Source of the DNA: Octopus vulgaris
Lineage: Eukaryota
Direction: 5' to 3'
DNA length: 64,000 nucleotides
Assembly (NCBI GenBank): GCA_951406725.2
Contig: OX597815.1
Span: 88,970,001 to 89,034,000, forward strand
Shown here: in pieces, positions 26,336-39,455 of the stretch
How positions within the stretch are numbered: the stretch's first letter is position 1
Layout of the letters: each line of letters begins with the position of its first letter
Notes under the pieces: model-generated
What the model saw: the letters and a program-made list of their open reading frames with translations, nothing else
The model's database searches: none
Told to the model about the DNA's origin: nothing
Translations under genes and position numbers: made by a program

Positions 26336-27906
26336 ATTTCAGACGTGGTAATTTATGTGGAATTTGCATATACACATTGCATCTACTACTTTTTAAATGT
26401 TTTTTTGCATAGAAAATATATTAGCATTTAAAATTTAGCCGTTGCATAATGTACATAAATAATATAACATTATCTGTAAAGACTTTGTTTGTATAAAATG
26501 TATAAAACTGTTTCACATGAGCATTATCGCTGAATCGTGTGAAGTAGTCATGAAGCAGTAAATTTTAATTATTCCATAATTGAATTATAGAAAATTCAGC
26601 ATTTTCCATGATTGATTAATTCATATTTACGTTGTATATTATAAGCTGGTTGAATTTCTGTTTTTGTCTACACAGCTTACACAAATGTTTATTCATAAAA
26701 ATGAAAATAAAACGCAAATATGTACTTTTGTGTATCTAGACATAAATCAGCGCTAAAGAATATTCTGAATATAACTATACACCGTATAATAGGGACACAT
26801 ATTTGCTAGATTAAACACAATAGGTATATTGGAAAATATACACAGATAGAATCTGATGAATGCAAACTAGCCTACATACTATGAATTATTATTGTAGAGC
26901 AAATAGTAACAAAGACTAAAATAGCAGAGTATAATAAAAATGGACATAGTGCCAGTTTTCACTTACTAAAAAAGAGAAAAAACATTAATCACATAAGTAA
27001 TAATGAGATAAATTCCTTTGCAGTTATAAGCACTGTGATCTCGTGTTTCATGGAGATACTTTTTAAGTTAATGTGTTTTACTTATATCATAGCATCGTAG
27101 GTCACCTGGGGTTAAATGATTGAGGTTATACTATATGACAAATGCCCAAAGTGCCGTTCATTAGAACCGAATCCAATACATACTTACACATACATACACA
27201 TACATAAGCGCACTCACGCGCAGATACGAAAGTACATATGTTTGCATGTGTGTATGTATCATGTATGTATGTAATGATGCCTATATATATATAAATATAT
27301 ATATGTTTGTATGTGTGTATGCATGGGTGCATGTGTGTATATGTTTATGTGTATGTGTTTGTGTGTGTTAGTGTGTGTATGTGTGTGTGAAGTTGAGAAT
27401 TAAAATAACAAGCTTTTGTACTCAAAACAAAAACAAAAAAATGTATTATGTATGCTGCAGGTACTTGCTATTACTGCTCTGTGTCTCAAGAGTATGACAT
27501 TTGTAGAGAAGAATACATTATGTATAAGCAACATGATAAGCGCGTGTAGGTATCGAAAGTAAAAATATCAGTCAAAAGGAATAAGTAAATATATAAAACA
27601 AATAACACAAAAACGAGGAAAATAGGCAAATGAAATAAAGAATGACAGAAAGATAAAAATAAAGAGTGAAAATGTATTATGTAAATCTATATTGAAAATG
27701 TTGTATATATAAAGAAATAAATAATAGCTTTTCTTTGGACACGTATTTTATTATTTAATGCCCTGCCCCCGCCCGACTTATCATCTTAGTTATAAATACT
27801 GTGATTTTTAATTCAGATATCAGTTTCGCAATCAGCAACAGACAGAAGACTCGAAATATGCATTTAAGCTGAAAATCTATTTGATATTTACATACACACA
27901 TGCATG

Positions 27907-27969
<63 letters not shown>

Positions 27970-29402
27970 ATGTATATATACATACATGCGTACATACACG
28001 CATGTACGTACATGCTTGTATGTATTTATATACACGCACATGTACATATACATATATGCAGGTGTGTGTATGTACACGCGCATATATGTGTTTGTTTGTG
28101 TGTCTGTGTACTACAGGTGTATGGACATATAAGATGTAGATACAGTTTCTTGCATACAACTATGTGTTGAGAGTGGGACTTGTATAGAAAGAAAATATGT
28201 ACATATATGTATGCGCATGAATATATCAAATAGGAGATTATGCAAAAAACATTAGTAGATATTACTTTACATAGAGATCTTACATATATAAAGATAGCAA
28301 CGCATACATTCTAGCAAATAGTAACATACATTCTAACACATACCCATTAGACATGGACACATGCATCCATGAACATATATATATATATATACACTCATAT
28401 ACATGTATACACACACACACATATATGTAGGTGTGTATATGTATATATATATATATATATATTTGTGTGTGTTTGCTTGCATGCGTGTGTACGTGTTTAT
28501 CCATATCGCTTATGTGCGTATTCTAATACACTTTAGGAAGGCCAAGTAAACGAAAGTCAATTACTAGCTTCCATCAATTTTGATGATACTTGTTTTTTTA
28601 ATTTCTCTTATCAAGATTTATATTCGTTTCTTTTATTTCACCTTCGAGTTTTGAAATTAAATTAGATAGTCAGTGACGAAATATTTGAAGTGGTGCAAAT
28701 TGGAAATGTTACCATTGGCAATGTATTTCAAACTAATATTGTCCTGCAATCAGTAATTTGTAGTCTATGATTAAAATGCTTTGATGTTGCTGTTTAGAAA
28801 AGTTCTGATTCTAATGGAAAAATTGACAAGAAAACTATAAAATTAAAAGCTTAGATATGAAAACATGATGCAATAAGGAATTGTATTTATTAGCGTTGGT
28901 GTTTTATAACTTCATAAAACATATAAAAATTCACATTTATTCATTATTAAACGTTGTACTTTGCATTCTTTATTCTTTTGTTCTTTTGGTGATTTCAGTA
29001 ATGGGACTGAAGCCAAGATTGCTCACAAGCTTCACAGGTTTAGTCGATCATATCGATCCGGCTACTTATTTCAGCCACATATGTATTTTATCAATATCTT
29101 TGACGTAGCGCATGGTTATGAGTTAAAAATGAATACACCACCAGACTGATATAGATGTACAAACAAACAGGACACAGCACAGGTACAAGCTATAAGAAAG
29201 GTTAAAACAAGGAGAAAAAGAGAGAGAGAGAAAGAGAGAGAGAGGTACAAATAGAATTGAATATGGTAGAAAACAGAAAGTAAAATTGGTAAGCATGAAG
29301 AACATAAAGTAGAAATAAGGAGTGAAACAACAGGCAGATAATGGCTGAATGTACGTATGTGTATGTGTGTGTGTGCTGACGTGAAACCAATAGTATCTTT
29401 CT

Positions 29403-29632
29403 GAGCTGGCAGAAACGTTAGCACGCCGGGCGAAATGCTTAGCGGTATTTCGTCTGCCGTTACGTTCTGAGTTCCAATTCCGCCGAGGTCAACTTTGCCT
29501 TTCATCCTTTCGGGGTCCATAAATTAAGTACCAGTTACGCACTGGGGTCGATGAAATCGACTTAATCCGTTCGTATGTCCTTGTTCGTCCCCTCTGTGTT
29601 TAGCCCCTTGTGGGTAGTAAAGAAATAGGTAT
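29403..29632 (+). mobile_element. tRNA-derived SINE family A (Deu/Nin-like core)
   Basis: GAGCTGGCAGAAACGTTAG...GAGTTCCAATTCCGCC head and GCCTTTCATCCTTTCGGGGTC..AAATTAAGTACCAG core. TSD GTATCTTTCTGA at 29393-29404 and 29629-29640. Confidence 0.85.
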
Positions 29633-30476
29633 CTTTCTGACTGGCCATAACCAAGGAACTCACTCACAAATTCTTTGTTCACCTGGTGGAATAGTAGTAC
29701 GTAATTACTCATGATGATGCGCAGTAGGAAGGAACCGCAGCGGTTTCATAGCGGTCTACTAAATCAGAAATAACTGCAAAATAAACAAAGAATCTGAAAG
29801 TTAAGAGGAGCTCGGGACTTATACGTGGATCTGAGTGGATAACGTAGCTAGCTAGAATGTTCAGAAGAGCAGCAGTCATCGTGTTCTTTATACAGAAGCC
29901 ACTGAGAAGAAGAAAACAACGCTTGTAAGAACAAATGCTGTAGCTTGTTGATTGAATAGAATGAGATAGAAATGGGCAAACAAACTACGGACATTCAAGA
30001 AACGGGATTTTATTTCTAAATATTATGTAGCCTATAGATACTATCGCTTACCACCAGTATTTGAGTAGATATCGATGTAGGAGCGAAATAAACAAAATTG
30101 TGTTAAAAACATGGGTGGCCAAGCGTAAAGAGATGGAGTACTTGCAGTAAGTGATAGTAACAAACACCTCAAATGTCACTTGGCATCACGGTTTGTTCCC
30201 TCTCACTGTCCACATTTCTAATATTGGTGTTTAACCATGTTAAACATCTGTTCAAATACACACACATGCGCTTGCGCATAAGAATAATAGTATGTGTGCG
30301 TGTGTGTGTGCCTGTGTATATATACACTCATATAGACACACACAAGCACACATGTATATATGTGTATGTACAACATTTATATTTATATATATGTATATAT
30401 ATGTATTCAATATAGAATAAATACATATATATATATATATATATATACAATATATATAATACATACACGACGAGAA

Positions 30477-30545
<69 letters not shown>

Positions 30546-31374
30546 AGCGTGCATGTATGTGTATCTGTATGTTTATATATGCATACACATTCAAATACAC
30601 ACACACACACACACACACGCACAACCTGATGTGTATGTCTCTATATGAGTGCTTATTGATATCACATGATACTCAAGAGGAGTTGAAGCACGAAGAAAAT
30701 ATTGCCTTCCACAGAGACTTAACGAAACGCCTGAAACTAGTTACAACTCACTACACACGAGTCGATAGCCAACCTTAATAAGTCATTTAGTATTTACATA
30801 CACATTTATATAAACCCACAATAATGCGAAAAACCACACACGAACAGACACACAGACACAAATATTCATATGAAAATATTTGCTTTGCAGATGTATATTC
30901 TTTTCAACAGCGTTCGCAGAATTGTCAATTTCCTTCGTCGTATATATATAACTGAGACACGTGTGTGTGTGTAGGACATGCATGCATCTTTGTATATATG
31001 AATATATATATGTGAACATATTTGTGAGTGTGCATGTATAAATGCATATATGTATGTGCATCTGTGTATGCTCACACAGGCATACATAAAGGTATACACA
31101 ATGAGTGAGAGGGACATGTAGGTAAGGGACGAGGAGATGGAAAGAGAAAGTACGAGATATAGATAGTGAAAGCTATACAGAAAACGGCGAGATAAAGGTT
31201 ACGCTAAATATATTCATATATCAGTTCACATAACGCTCCTAATTCTTAAATAATCTATAAGCAAATTTCGAAACGTATCTTCTCCTTCGCACACATGTAC
31301 ATATACGAGTATTATAGGCAGGCGCACACTCACACATACGCTCATACACACACACACAAATATATCGTATGTAT

Positions 31375-31530
31375 CAGCTGGAATGGCTGTGTGCAAAGAA
31401 GTGTAATTCCTAACAACATGGTTCCAGGCTCAGTCTCTCTACGTTGTTCCTTGGCCACTTGTCTCGAGTCAACCAAAGCCCTGTGAGTGGATTTGGTACA
31501 GGAAACTGAAAGAATCCTGTCGGATATATA
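31375..31530 (+). mobile_element. Old head of SINE family B
   Basis: ATGGCTGTGTG...ACATGGTTCCAGGCTCAGTC...ACCAAAGCCCTGTGAGTGGATTTGGTACAGGAAACTGAAAGAA matches the family B head. Confidence 0.7.
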
Positions 31531-31620
31531 TATGTGTGTGTCTGTGAACTATTATTCTTTTCCTTTATGCTTTTCTACCCAAACGCTGTGCAGAAACTAG
31601 GGCACCGCCAGCAGAACTGC

Positions 31621-31652
<32 letters not shown>

Positions 31653-31980
31653 GCACAGACACATAAATACTTTCACACTCACACGCACATACACACTCAC
31701 ACACATACACATATGCACGCACGCACACACACACACACATGTATATATACATGTAAACCATAAAATCAGGATGTATGAGTGGTGAATATATTCATTTAAC
31801 CACTCATTCATGTAGTAATAATTTCAGTGAGGAAAATGTTAGGGTTACACGTCTGTATTAATATGCAGCCTCTGCTTTATACAATGCAATTGTATATTCA
31901 CATATCAATAATTTCCTTACACTCTACATTACACTTCTTTGCATTTGGATTACTATGATAAATAACTGAAATTGGCTCCA

Positions 31981-32846
31981 CAAGAGAACGGTTCTCGAAA
32001 GTAACTGGAAACGTTCTCTTGTGGAGCAAACCCATTGTATTTCAGGTACCCGCTGCTAGAAGCCACTTGAGGCAACCCCGGTGTCGTCGGGTGTGGTCGA
32101 ACTGCCACATGATGCGTCCTTGTTTTGCAGTGCTTCTCCCCTGTTTGTCAGCTTTTGCGATAGCTGGAACGAAAGAACAGCGTGCTTCCATGAAATTCTG
32201 TTTTCTGTTGGGGAAAATGGCGGCCGAAACAGTTGTCATGCTTCAAACAGCTTCCAAAGACACTACCATGACCAAAACACATATTTACGAGTGGTTTCCA
32301 CTCTTTAGGAATGGTCACTTGTTGCTTGAAGACTAGCCTCGTTCAGGGCGACCATCGACCACTCGAACGAATGAAAACACCATGAAAATTCAGGAACTGA
32401 TCTCGGAGGACTGTCACCGAACAATTGACGAACTTGATGTGACTGATGTGTACTGGAGCTCCTGGTAACGAGATTCGTGCGAAAAATTGCGAATGAAAAG
32501 AGTTGCAGCAAAATTTGTACCTTGCCTAATCATAGAAGATCAAAAGCAGTCACGACTGAACACGCATCGTTAACTGACAGAATAGTTGGAAGCTGATCTG
32601 GACCCTTTTCCAAGGTCATCACTGGTGACAAAAGCTGGTGCTACAGAGTTTGCAGATGTTGAAGAGGAGAAAAAAAGAAAAAAGACGACGGTGGCATCAC
32701 TTTGCAAGAGTTCCAGGGCTGTTTCGAATAGCGGAAAAACACGCATTGCTTCAAATGGAGAATAATTTGAAGGGGATAAAAGTGTAAACATGTAAAACTA
32801 AGTGAATAATATTACAAAATTCCGGTTTCTTTTGGGTATCCCCTCG
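31981..32846 (+). mobile_element. Internally deleted mariner transposon relic
   Basis: Motifs EQRASMKFCFLLGKMAAET, IYEWF...ED*PRSGRPST, MKRVAAKFVP, VITGDKSWCY and C-terminal NGE*FEGD. Right TIR TTCCGGTTTCTTTTGGGTATCCCCTCG+TA; left TIR degenerate. Confidence 0.85.
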
Positions 32847-33370
32847 TATATGAACGATACAAGCACTTACAAGAATATGGTCTATTATGTATTATATAGT
32901 TTTGATTTATTGAAACTTCTCCAGCTGTAGAGGACGTGTCACAATTACCATATAACAAAAGAGAAAGAAGGGGAGATAATCTCAAATATCAAATAATTGC
33001 AAAGTTGACAGGCCCTTAAGAAAAAGATTAGAGAACAGTCATCATACACGTGTCTGCCTCAAAAAGTGTCATCGGCACGACAATTTTCCTAACCTATTTC
33101 CGGCAGCCCAGGGACATAGAGATGTTTAAGAAGACATGACCTGCGTAATTTGCATAATTTAAACAAAAATGAACTAAGGCAAATACCAAATACAAATATA
33201 GATATATCAAGTACCATACAACATAAATTCATGCATGGTTTAAGAATTTCCCACCTCTAAATTTCATTCTTAATGATTTGCTTGATCCATAGCATGGGAA
33301 AACACAGAATAAGATCGATCTCAAAATGACGTAATCACGAAGAAAACTTATTAAACAAACAACTATGTTT

Positions 33371-33454
<84 letters not shown>

Positions 33455-33546
33455 CATACATACATACATACATACATACATACATACATACATACATACA
33501 TACATACATACATACAGGCGGCATTTCAGCATGGACTCCGCACTTA

Positions 33547-35153
33547 CAGTTGCGGCCAAAATGTTCAGACCGGCATTGTTTTAGTCAGAAAAGTAGGTAT
33601 AATTTTTATCAAAGTTGTTTTATATTCTATAATTTCCACAGACAATAAATACGATATTATTTGTTATTGCCTGAGATTTTGGTGTAATTTGAGAGGACAA
33701 TACAAAAGCTATGGATGATTTAGTGATTTACTGCAAAACCCATGGCGTGTTTAGTATAATGCAAAACCCATGGCGGCCAAAATGATCAGAACGGTTCCGT
33801 GTTTTAGTATATTTAACCGGCGAGCTCTAATGTCTTCTATTTGTTTACGTGTCGGTTCGTTTACTAAACATTAGTAAGAATATTTGCAGTGTACTTTGTT
33901 AATATAATGCCATTTACTCCGTTACCAATTCGTCAGCAAATAATTAAGCTTCGAAAGAAGGATAATTTAAGTATTGGGTCTATTGCAAAGATTGTTAACA
34001 AGTCAAAAAGTGTTGTTCACGGTATTCTTAAGGTCTGCGATGATTGTGGTTCGTATGAAGCAAGAAAGTCTACAGGTAGGCCAAGAAAACGACCAAGAGA
34101 GAAGATCGTGCTATGGTAAAATTGGTTAAAAAGGACAGATTTAAAACTGCTGCTACTGTTTCTCGGGAAATGAGCATTGAACTGAAGAAAACTTTATCTC
34201 GACAAACTGTGTTTCGTCGTTTAGTTGAACATGGCCTACAAGCAAGAGCACCTACACTGAAGCCACTGATCAGCTCCAAGAATAAAAAGTGTCATCTTAC
34301 CTTTGCAACCGAACATGTGTTGTGGTCTCAAGAAAAATGGCAAACGGTGCATTTCAGTGATGAATCTAAGTCGAAAAGTAGGTGAAAAAGTGTCGTCTAA
34401 ATGCCTTAAGACTAGTGTGAAATTCGGTGGGGGAAGTGTCATGGTTTGGAGTATGATATCTGGAGATGGTGTGGGGCCCTTTGGTGCAATTACATGGAAA
34501 GGTAAATGCAGGAGTTTACAAACAACTTGTAAAAGATCATGTCTTGCCTGTGCTGAGAAATTCAAGCGACCACCCATATTCATGCAGGACAATGCCCCAT
34601 GTCACAAGGCTAAGGTGATCATGAACTTCCTCAAGGCTGAAAAAGTTATTGTTATAGATTGGCCTGCTCAAAGCCCAGATCTCAATCCTATTGAAAATGT
34701 GTGGAATATTCTAGGAGAACGTTCGAAAGCCAGAAATCCTAAAACAACCGAGGAATTATGGAATGCCCTTCAGGAAGAATGGAATAAGATCACCCAGCAA
34801 GAAATTGAAAATTTAATTTCCTCATGCAGTCGAAGATGTCAAAGTGTGATTGAAGCTAAAGGACTTCACAGTAAATATTAAATAATTCCAGTATTCTCTG
34901 TCCTATTTTATTATTTTGTTATTTTTTTTAAACCGTTCTGATCATTTTGGCCGCCATGGGTTTTGCAGTAAATCACTAAATCATCCATGAGTTTTGTATT
35001 ATCCTCTCAAATTACACCAAAATCTCAGACAATAACAATTCATATTGTATTTATTGTCTGTGAAAATTATAGAATATAAAACAACTTTGATAAAAACGTA
35101 TTCCTACTTTTCTGACGAAAACAATGCCGGTCTGAACATTTTGGCCGCAACTG
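33547..35153 (+). mobile_element. Tc1 (DD34E) transposon with long IR/DR-type terminal inverted repeats
   Basis: Ends CAGTTGCGGCCAAAATGTTCAGACCGG and its reverse complement. TIRs of ~220-250 bp (33547-33796, 34931-35153) each carry an inner repeat GCGGCCAAAATGATCAGAACGG. TA is on the left and TT on the right. Confidence 0.95.
33908..34881 (+). pseudogene. Tc1 transposase, frameshifted with a short internal deletion
   Basis: Paired-like HTH ending GRPRK, then WQTVHFSDESK, KFGGGSVMVW, FMQDNAPCH and WPAQSPDLNPIENVW, with 34 residues between the second D and E. Split over three ORFs. Confidence 0.93.
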
Positions 35154-35899
35154 TTTTGCTAGAACGAACTATATACACACACACGGACGTGCGCACACTT
35201 ACACACATAAAATGTTAAGCAGAATACTTGACTTTTACAGACGTTTGATTGAATGGTAATATCGTTTTTACTACTTTGCTACCTTATTTAATCAGTTTGT
35301 CTAGCTATCAAGGAATTAACAAATCTCCAGTAGAAGATCGAACATTCTTCACTAAGAAATATAACGTTTGAACATCGAGCCTCATTATATTTCGCCTCGT
35401 CCCCTCGTTGAAACCTGATACTTAAGTCGTGTTTAACAACGTCAGTCATCCTGTTCTGTTGTAAATAACATTAACAGAATCAATGTAATTATTCCACTCT
35501 TTGTATCAGGAAAGTCAAACAAAATCTTCAGCCCAAATGAAAGCAATTACAATAAACAAGAAAGGAACACGATTTTACGTGCTTCTGTTAAGAAAATTTT
35601 ATTCTATCAAATTAGACTGGTGTGATAGACTGCACTATATCAACGAAATCTGGTCAGTCGTTCGTAATAACGTGTAACTTATAAGTTAGCTATGTACAAA
35701 TAAAACTGTTACAATATGTCAAAATTGAAAGGAAAACAAGCAATTCTGTCGACCTCGTTGAAAAGAAGTCTACAGAGTTTTAAAGCGCAGTACTGTATAA
35801 ATAACGATCCGCCTTTCTGTTTATCTGTCTAGCTGTCTGTCTTATGTGTCTGTCTCTGCCTGTGTCTGTCTGTCGGTCTTCTCACTTTCTCTTTCCTCC

Positions 35900-35937
<38 letters not shown>

Positions 35938-36041
35938 CTGTCTCTCAGTCTATTCTTCTACGTTCTTGTTTCTATATCTCCTTTTTTTATATACACATTT
36001 ATATATAAGGTTGTATTCAAACAAGCCAGTCTATTTATCTG

Positions 36042-36123
<82 letters not shown>

Positions 36124-36161
36124 ACACACATACACACACGTACTCTCTCTCTCTCTCTCTC

Positions 36162-36221
<60 letters not shown>

Positions 36222-36227
<6 letters not shown>

Positions 36228-36405
36228 ATCTCCCCCCTACCCCCCTAAAACAACAACGCGAGAACGTGGTACATGCAAAGTATTAACAGACGCTCAGGGA
36301 AGGAACAAAAGGTAGTTATACGTTTCGAGCAAAGCTTTTCTTCAGAAACAAGGGAAGTCCAAGAGAAAAGGAAGACAGAGAAAGGATATCGTCAGCGATC
36401 CACAT
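36222..36405 (-). mobile_element. Penelope-like fragment with minimal hammerhead-like motif
   Basis: Starts after (TA)n and is related to the 13358 family (GTATTA..ACGCTCAGG). Minus strand 36315-36349: GTTT-CTGAAGA-AAAGC-TTT-GCTC-GAAACGTA-TAAC. Confidence 0.6.
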
Positions 36406-36848
36406 ATAGTTACATTTTGAAATATATATGCATTTTGAAAATATACATATATATACATTTTGAAATATATATATATATATATATATATTTCAATATATAT
36501 ATAAGAAAAATGTCCAGTTCCTTGTTTTGTGTTTATGTTTTCGTTTCTCATTGTGTTCGACGTTATTTTGGTGTCCTGTACTCATATATGCGTGTATATA
36601 TACATGTAGAGGTAGGTACGTACATATATGTATGTATATATGCATATGTTTTATTTATTAATTTATTATATATATATATATACACACACACATATATAGG
36701 TTATGACAGGTAATGGTGTCTAGAAGACTCAAAGGTGTCAGGTAATGTTGAGTAAGTGCTATGGACAGGTTATAGTTAAGCTCCAGGTGCGGTAATTATG
36801 CGAATGAGGAGTCCAACGTAGGTCATATATTAGCAAGCATATATATAA

Positions 36849-37275
36849 AAAATTAACAGAATGAGATAAAAATCCAAGTCTGTGAAAGAATTCAGAACAC
36901 TTATAAAGAGATGGTATTACAGCTAAAAACTCTCGATCCAATAACACCGTGTACAAACTCTATGCTTGGAATGACCAATTTCAAATACTATTGGTACTTA
37001 CACACAAGGCACAGGAAACTTATATATATATACTATTCTGCTTAAATAACGGAACTGCAGATACGATATACCTGTATATCTCACGTCTGTTTTCATTCCT
37101 TCAATTCACTCTCTATTTTATATCTTCTCTAGAATAACTATTGCTTAACCATTCTCTCCCACCGTCTCCGTGAGGGGATATATAAAATATTCCGGAAACA
37201 GCTGTAAGACATTCTCTTTATAAATGTTCTGAAATCTTTCACAACTTTGGATTTTTATCTCATTCTGTTAATTTT
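36849..37275 (+). mobile_element. Fold-back Penelope-like fragment with decayed hammerhead motif
   Basis: ~63-bp inverted arms at 36849-36911 and 37213-37275. Plus strand 37164-37210: GTCT-CCGTGA-GGGGATAT..ATATTCCG-GAAACAGCTGTA-AGAC. Confidence 0.6.
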
Positions 37276-37296
37276 ATCTATCTATCTATCTATCTA

Positions 37297-37379
<83 letters not shown>

Positions 37380-37694
37380 ATATATATATATAAATGTATA
37401 TATATATATATATGCACATTTGTATATAACGTTCTGTATTTACAAGCACATGTAGTCATATGCATACACATTTTCTGCTGGTAGTGTTTGGTAGTTAGCT
37501 GACCACGGATCTTTCTGGTTTTGTCACTGTTTACAATTTTGTTCCAATTATTTTCAAATTTAGTATACGGATTAAGTTTTGTATACTAATTAGGAAAATC
37601 GATAAATCCATAAATATGAAGTTATTAAAATTTGCAAAATTTCGGTATTTTAGCTAATCAAAGGCAAATATTTTACACACTGTAGCGAAAAGCT

Positions 37695-37729
37695 GTTTCC
37701 ATAGTAACCAACAATGCTGCGCATGCGCA
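37695..37729. promoter_or_regulatory. Adjacent RFX X-box and NRF1-type palindrome
   Basis: GTTTCCATAGTAAC (37695-37708) and TGCGCATGCGCA (37718-37729) in otherwise unique sequence. Motif match only. Confidence 0.4.
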
Positions 37730-38376
37730 CAAGGAGGAGAAAGATATATGAGAAAGATAATCTTCTTACTGTAATAATAGTCTTGTGTTTTCCTCCGTCA
37801 CAACATATGAATGAGAGAGGAAGGGGTGATGGTAAACTGGTAGTGAGAGTGTTTCAGCTTTGTGTGAGTATTGTGTGTGTGTGTGTGCGCACGCGCATGT
37901 GTGTGTAATGGAAGTGGGATGGTGAACATTCAATGCAGAAAAGAAAAATCAAACAGCAGTTCAACTATGTGTGAGTATATGTGTGTATGTTTTGACATAC
38001 CGATGCCTCAACCCACCCCCCGATGATGGAAGATGTAGCGAACGCGTTGTTTTCTCATTGGCTGAATATTCTGAAAATTACCAAATTTTGAACACCTGTA
38101 ACATTTTTGCAAATTTTTTCTGAAATAAACGAATAACAAATTCGGTTTCAGCCTCAAAAATTACATCTATGCGACGAAAATCACAAAGATTGGCAGACCA
38201 TACGTTGTTATTGTATATTTGCGAAAGACTAAGCTCTAATAACTCACCCAAAATGCTAGTTGGAAACAAGTTTATTTCACTTTTATCTACTATGATCATC
38301 TCTAGTCACCTGACTACCAGTTTAACTCTGATAATCTCTTTCTTCTGTTGTTTAACCAACACACACATTTACATGG

Positions 38377-38962
38377 AATCTTTTCTACTCTAGGCACAAG
38401 GCCCGAATTTTTGTGGGGTAAGGGGGTGGGGCAGTCGATTATATCGACCTCAGTACGCAACAGGTACTTATTTAATCGACCCCGAAAGAATGAAAGGCAA
38501 AGTCGACCTCGGCGGAATTTGAACTCAGAACGTAGTAGCAGACGAAATACCTATTTCTTTACTACTCACAAGGCGCTAAACACACAGAGGACAAACAAGA
38601 ACAGACAAACAAATTAGGTCGATTATATCGACTCCAGTGCATAACTGGTACTTATTTAATCGACCCTGAAAGAATGAAAGTCGATCTCGGCGGAATTTGA
38701 AATCAGAACGTAACGGCAGACGAAATACCTATTTCTTTACTACCCACAAGGGGCTAAACACAGAAGGGACAAACAAGAACAGACAAACGGATTAAGTCGA
38801 TTCTATCGACCCCAGTGCATAACTGGTATTTATTTAATCGACCCCGAAAGAATGAAAGGCAAAGTCGACCTCGGCGGAATTTGAACTCAGAATGTAATGG
38901 CAGACGAAATACGGCTACGCATTTCGCCCGGCGTGTTAACGAATCTGCCAGCTCACCGCCTT
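38377..38962 (-). mobile_element. SINE family A, one head plus three tandem body units
   Basis: tRNA-like head at 38913-38962. GACGAAATAC landmark at 38541, 38719 and 38903 gives periods of 178 and 184 bp. The last unit has a different tail. Confidence 0.9.
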
Positions 38963-39097
38963 ACACACCACCATAGATTATCAACATTAATGTAGTGACA
39001 TTATATCCTATAGGTTATCGTTTAGTCTTGTTTGTAAACCAATCAGCTCCATCGAGTTGTATCACTCTACAAAGAACACAGGACGATGTATCTGGCA

Positions 39098-39238
39098 TCT
39101 TCTTCTTCTTCTTCTTCTTCTTCTTCTTCTTCTTCTTCTTCTTCTTCTTCTTCTTCTTCTTCTTCTTCTTCTTCTTCTTCTTCTTCTTCTTCTTCTTCTA
39201 GTTATTCTTACTTCTTCTTCTTCTTCTTCTTTTTCTTC

Positions 39239-39270
<32 letters not shown>

Positions 39271-39455
39271 CTTCGTCTCTTTTCTTCTTCTTCTTCTTCT
39301 TCTTCTCTTTCTTCTTCTTCTTCTTCTTCTTCTTCTTCTTCTTCTACTTCTTCTTCTTCGTCTCTTTCTTCTTCTTCTTCTTCTTCTTCTTCTTCTCTTC
39401 TTCTTCTTCTTCTTCTTCTTCTTCTTCTTTTCTTCTTCTTGTTCTTCTTCTTCAT
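39098..39455. repeat. Long (TTC)n microsatellite
   Basis: Direct inspection. The window also has dozens of (TA)n, (CA)n, (TATG)n, (CTAT)n, (ATT)n and (CAT)n tracts. Confidence 0.98.

Noticed and set aside
38377-38962. CRISPR-like repeat-spacer array
   Set aside because: Units are whole ~180-bp SINE bodies with no unique spacers, in a eukaryotic context with no cas genes.
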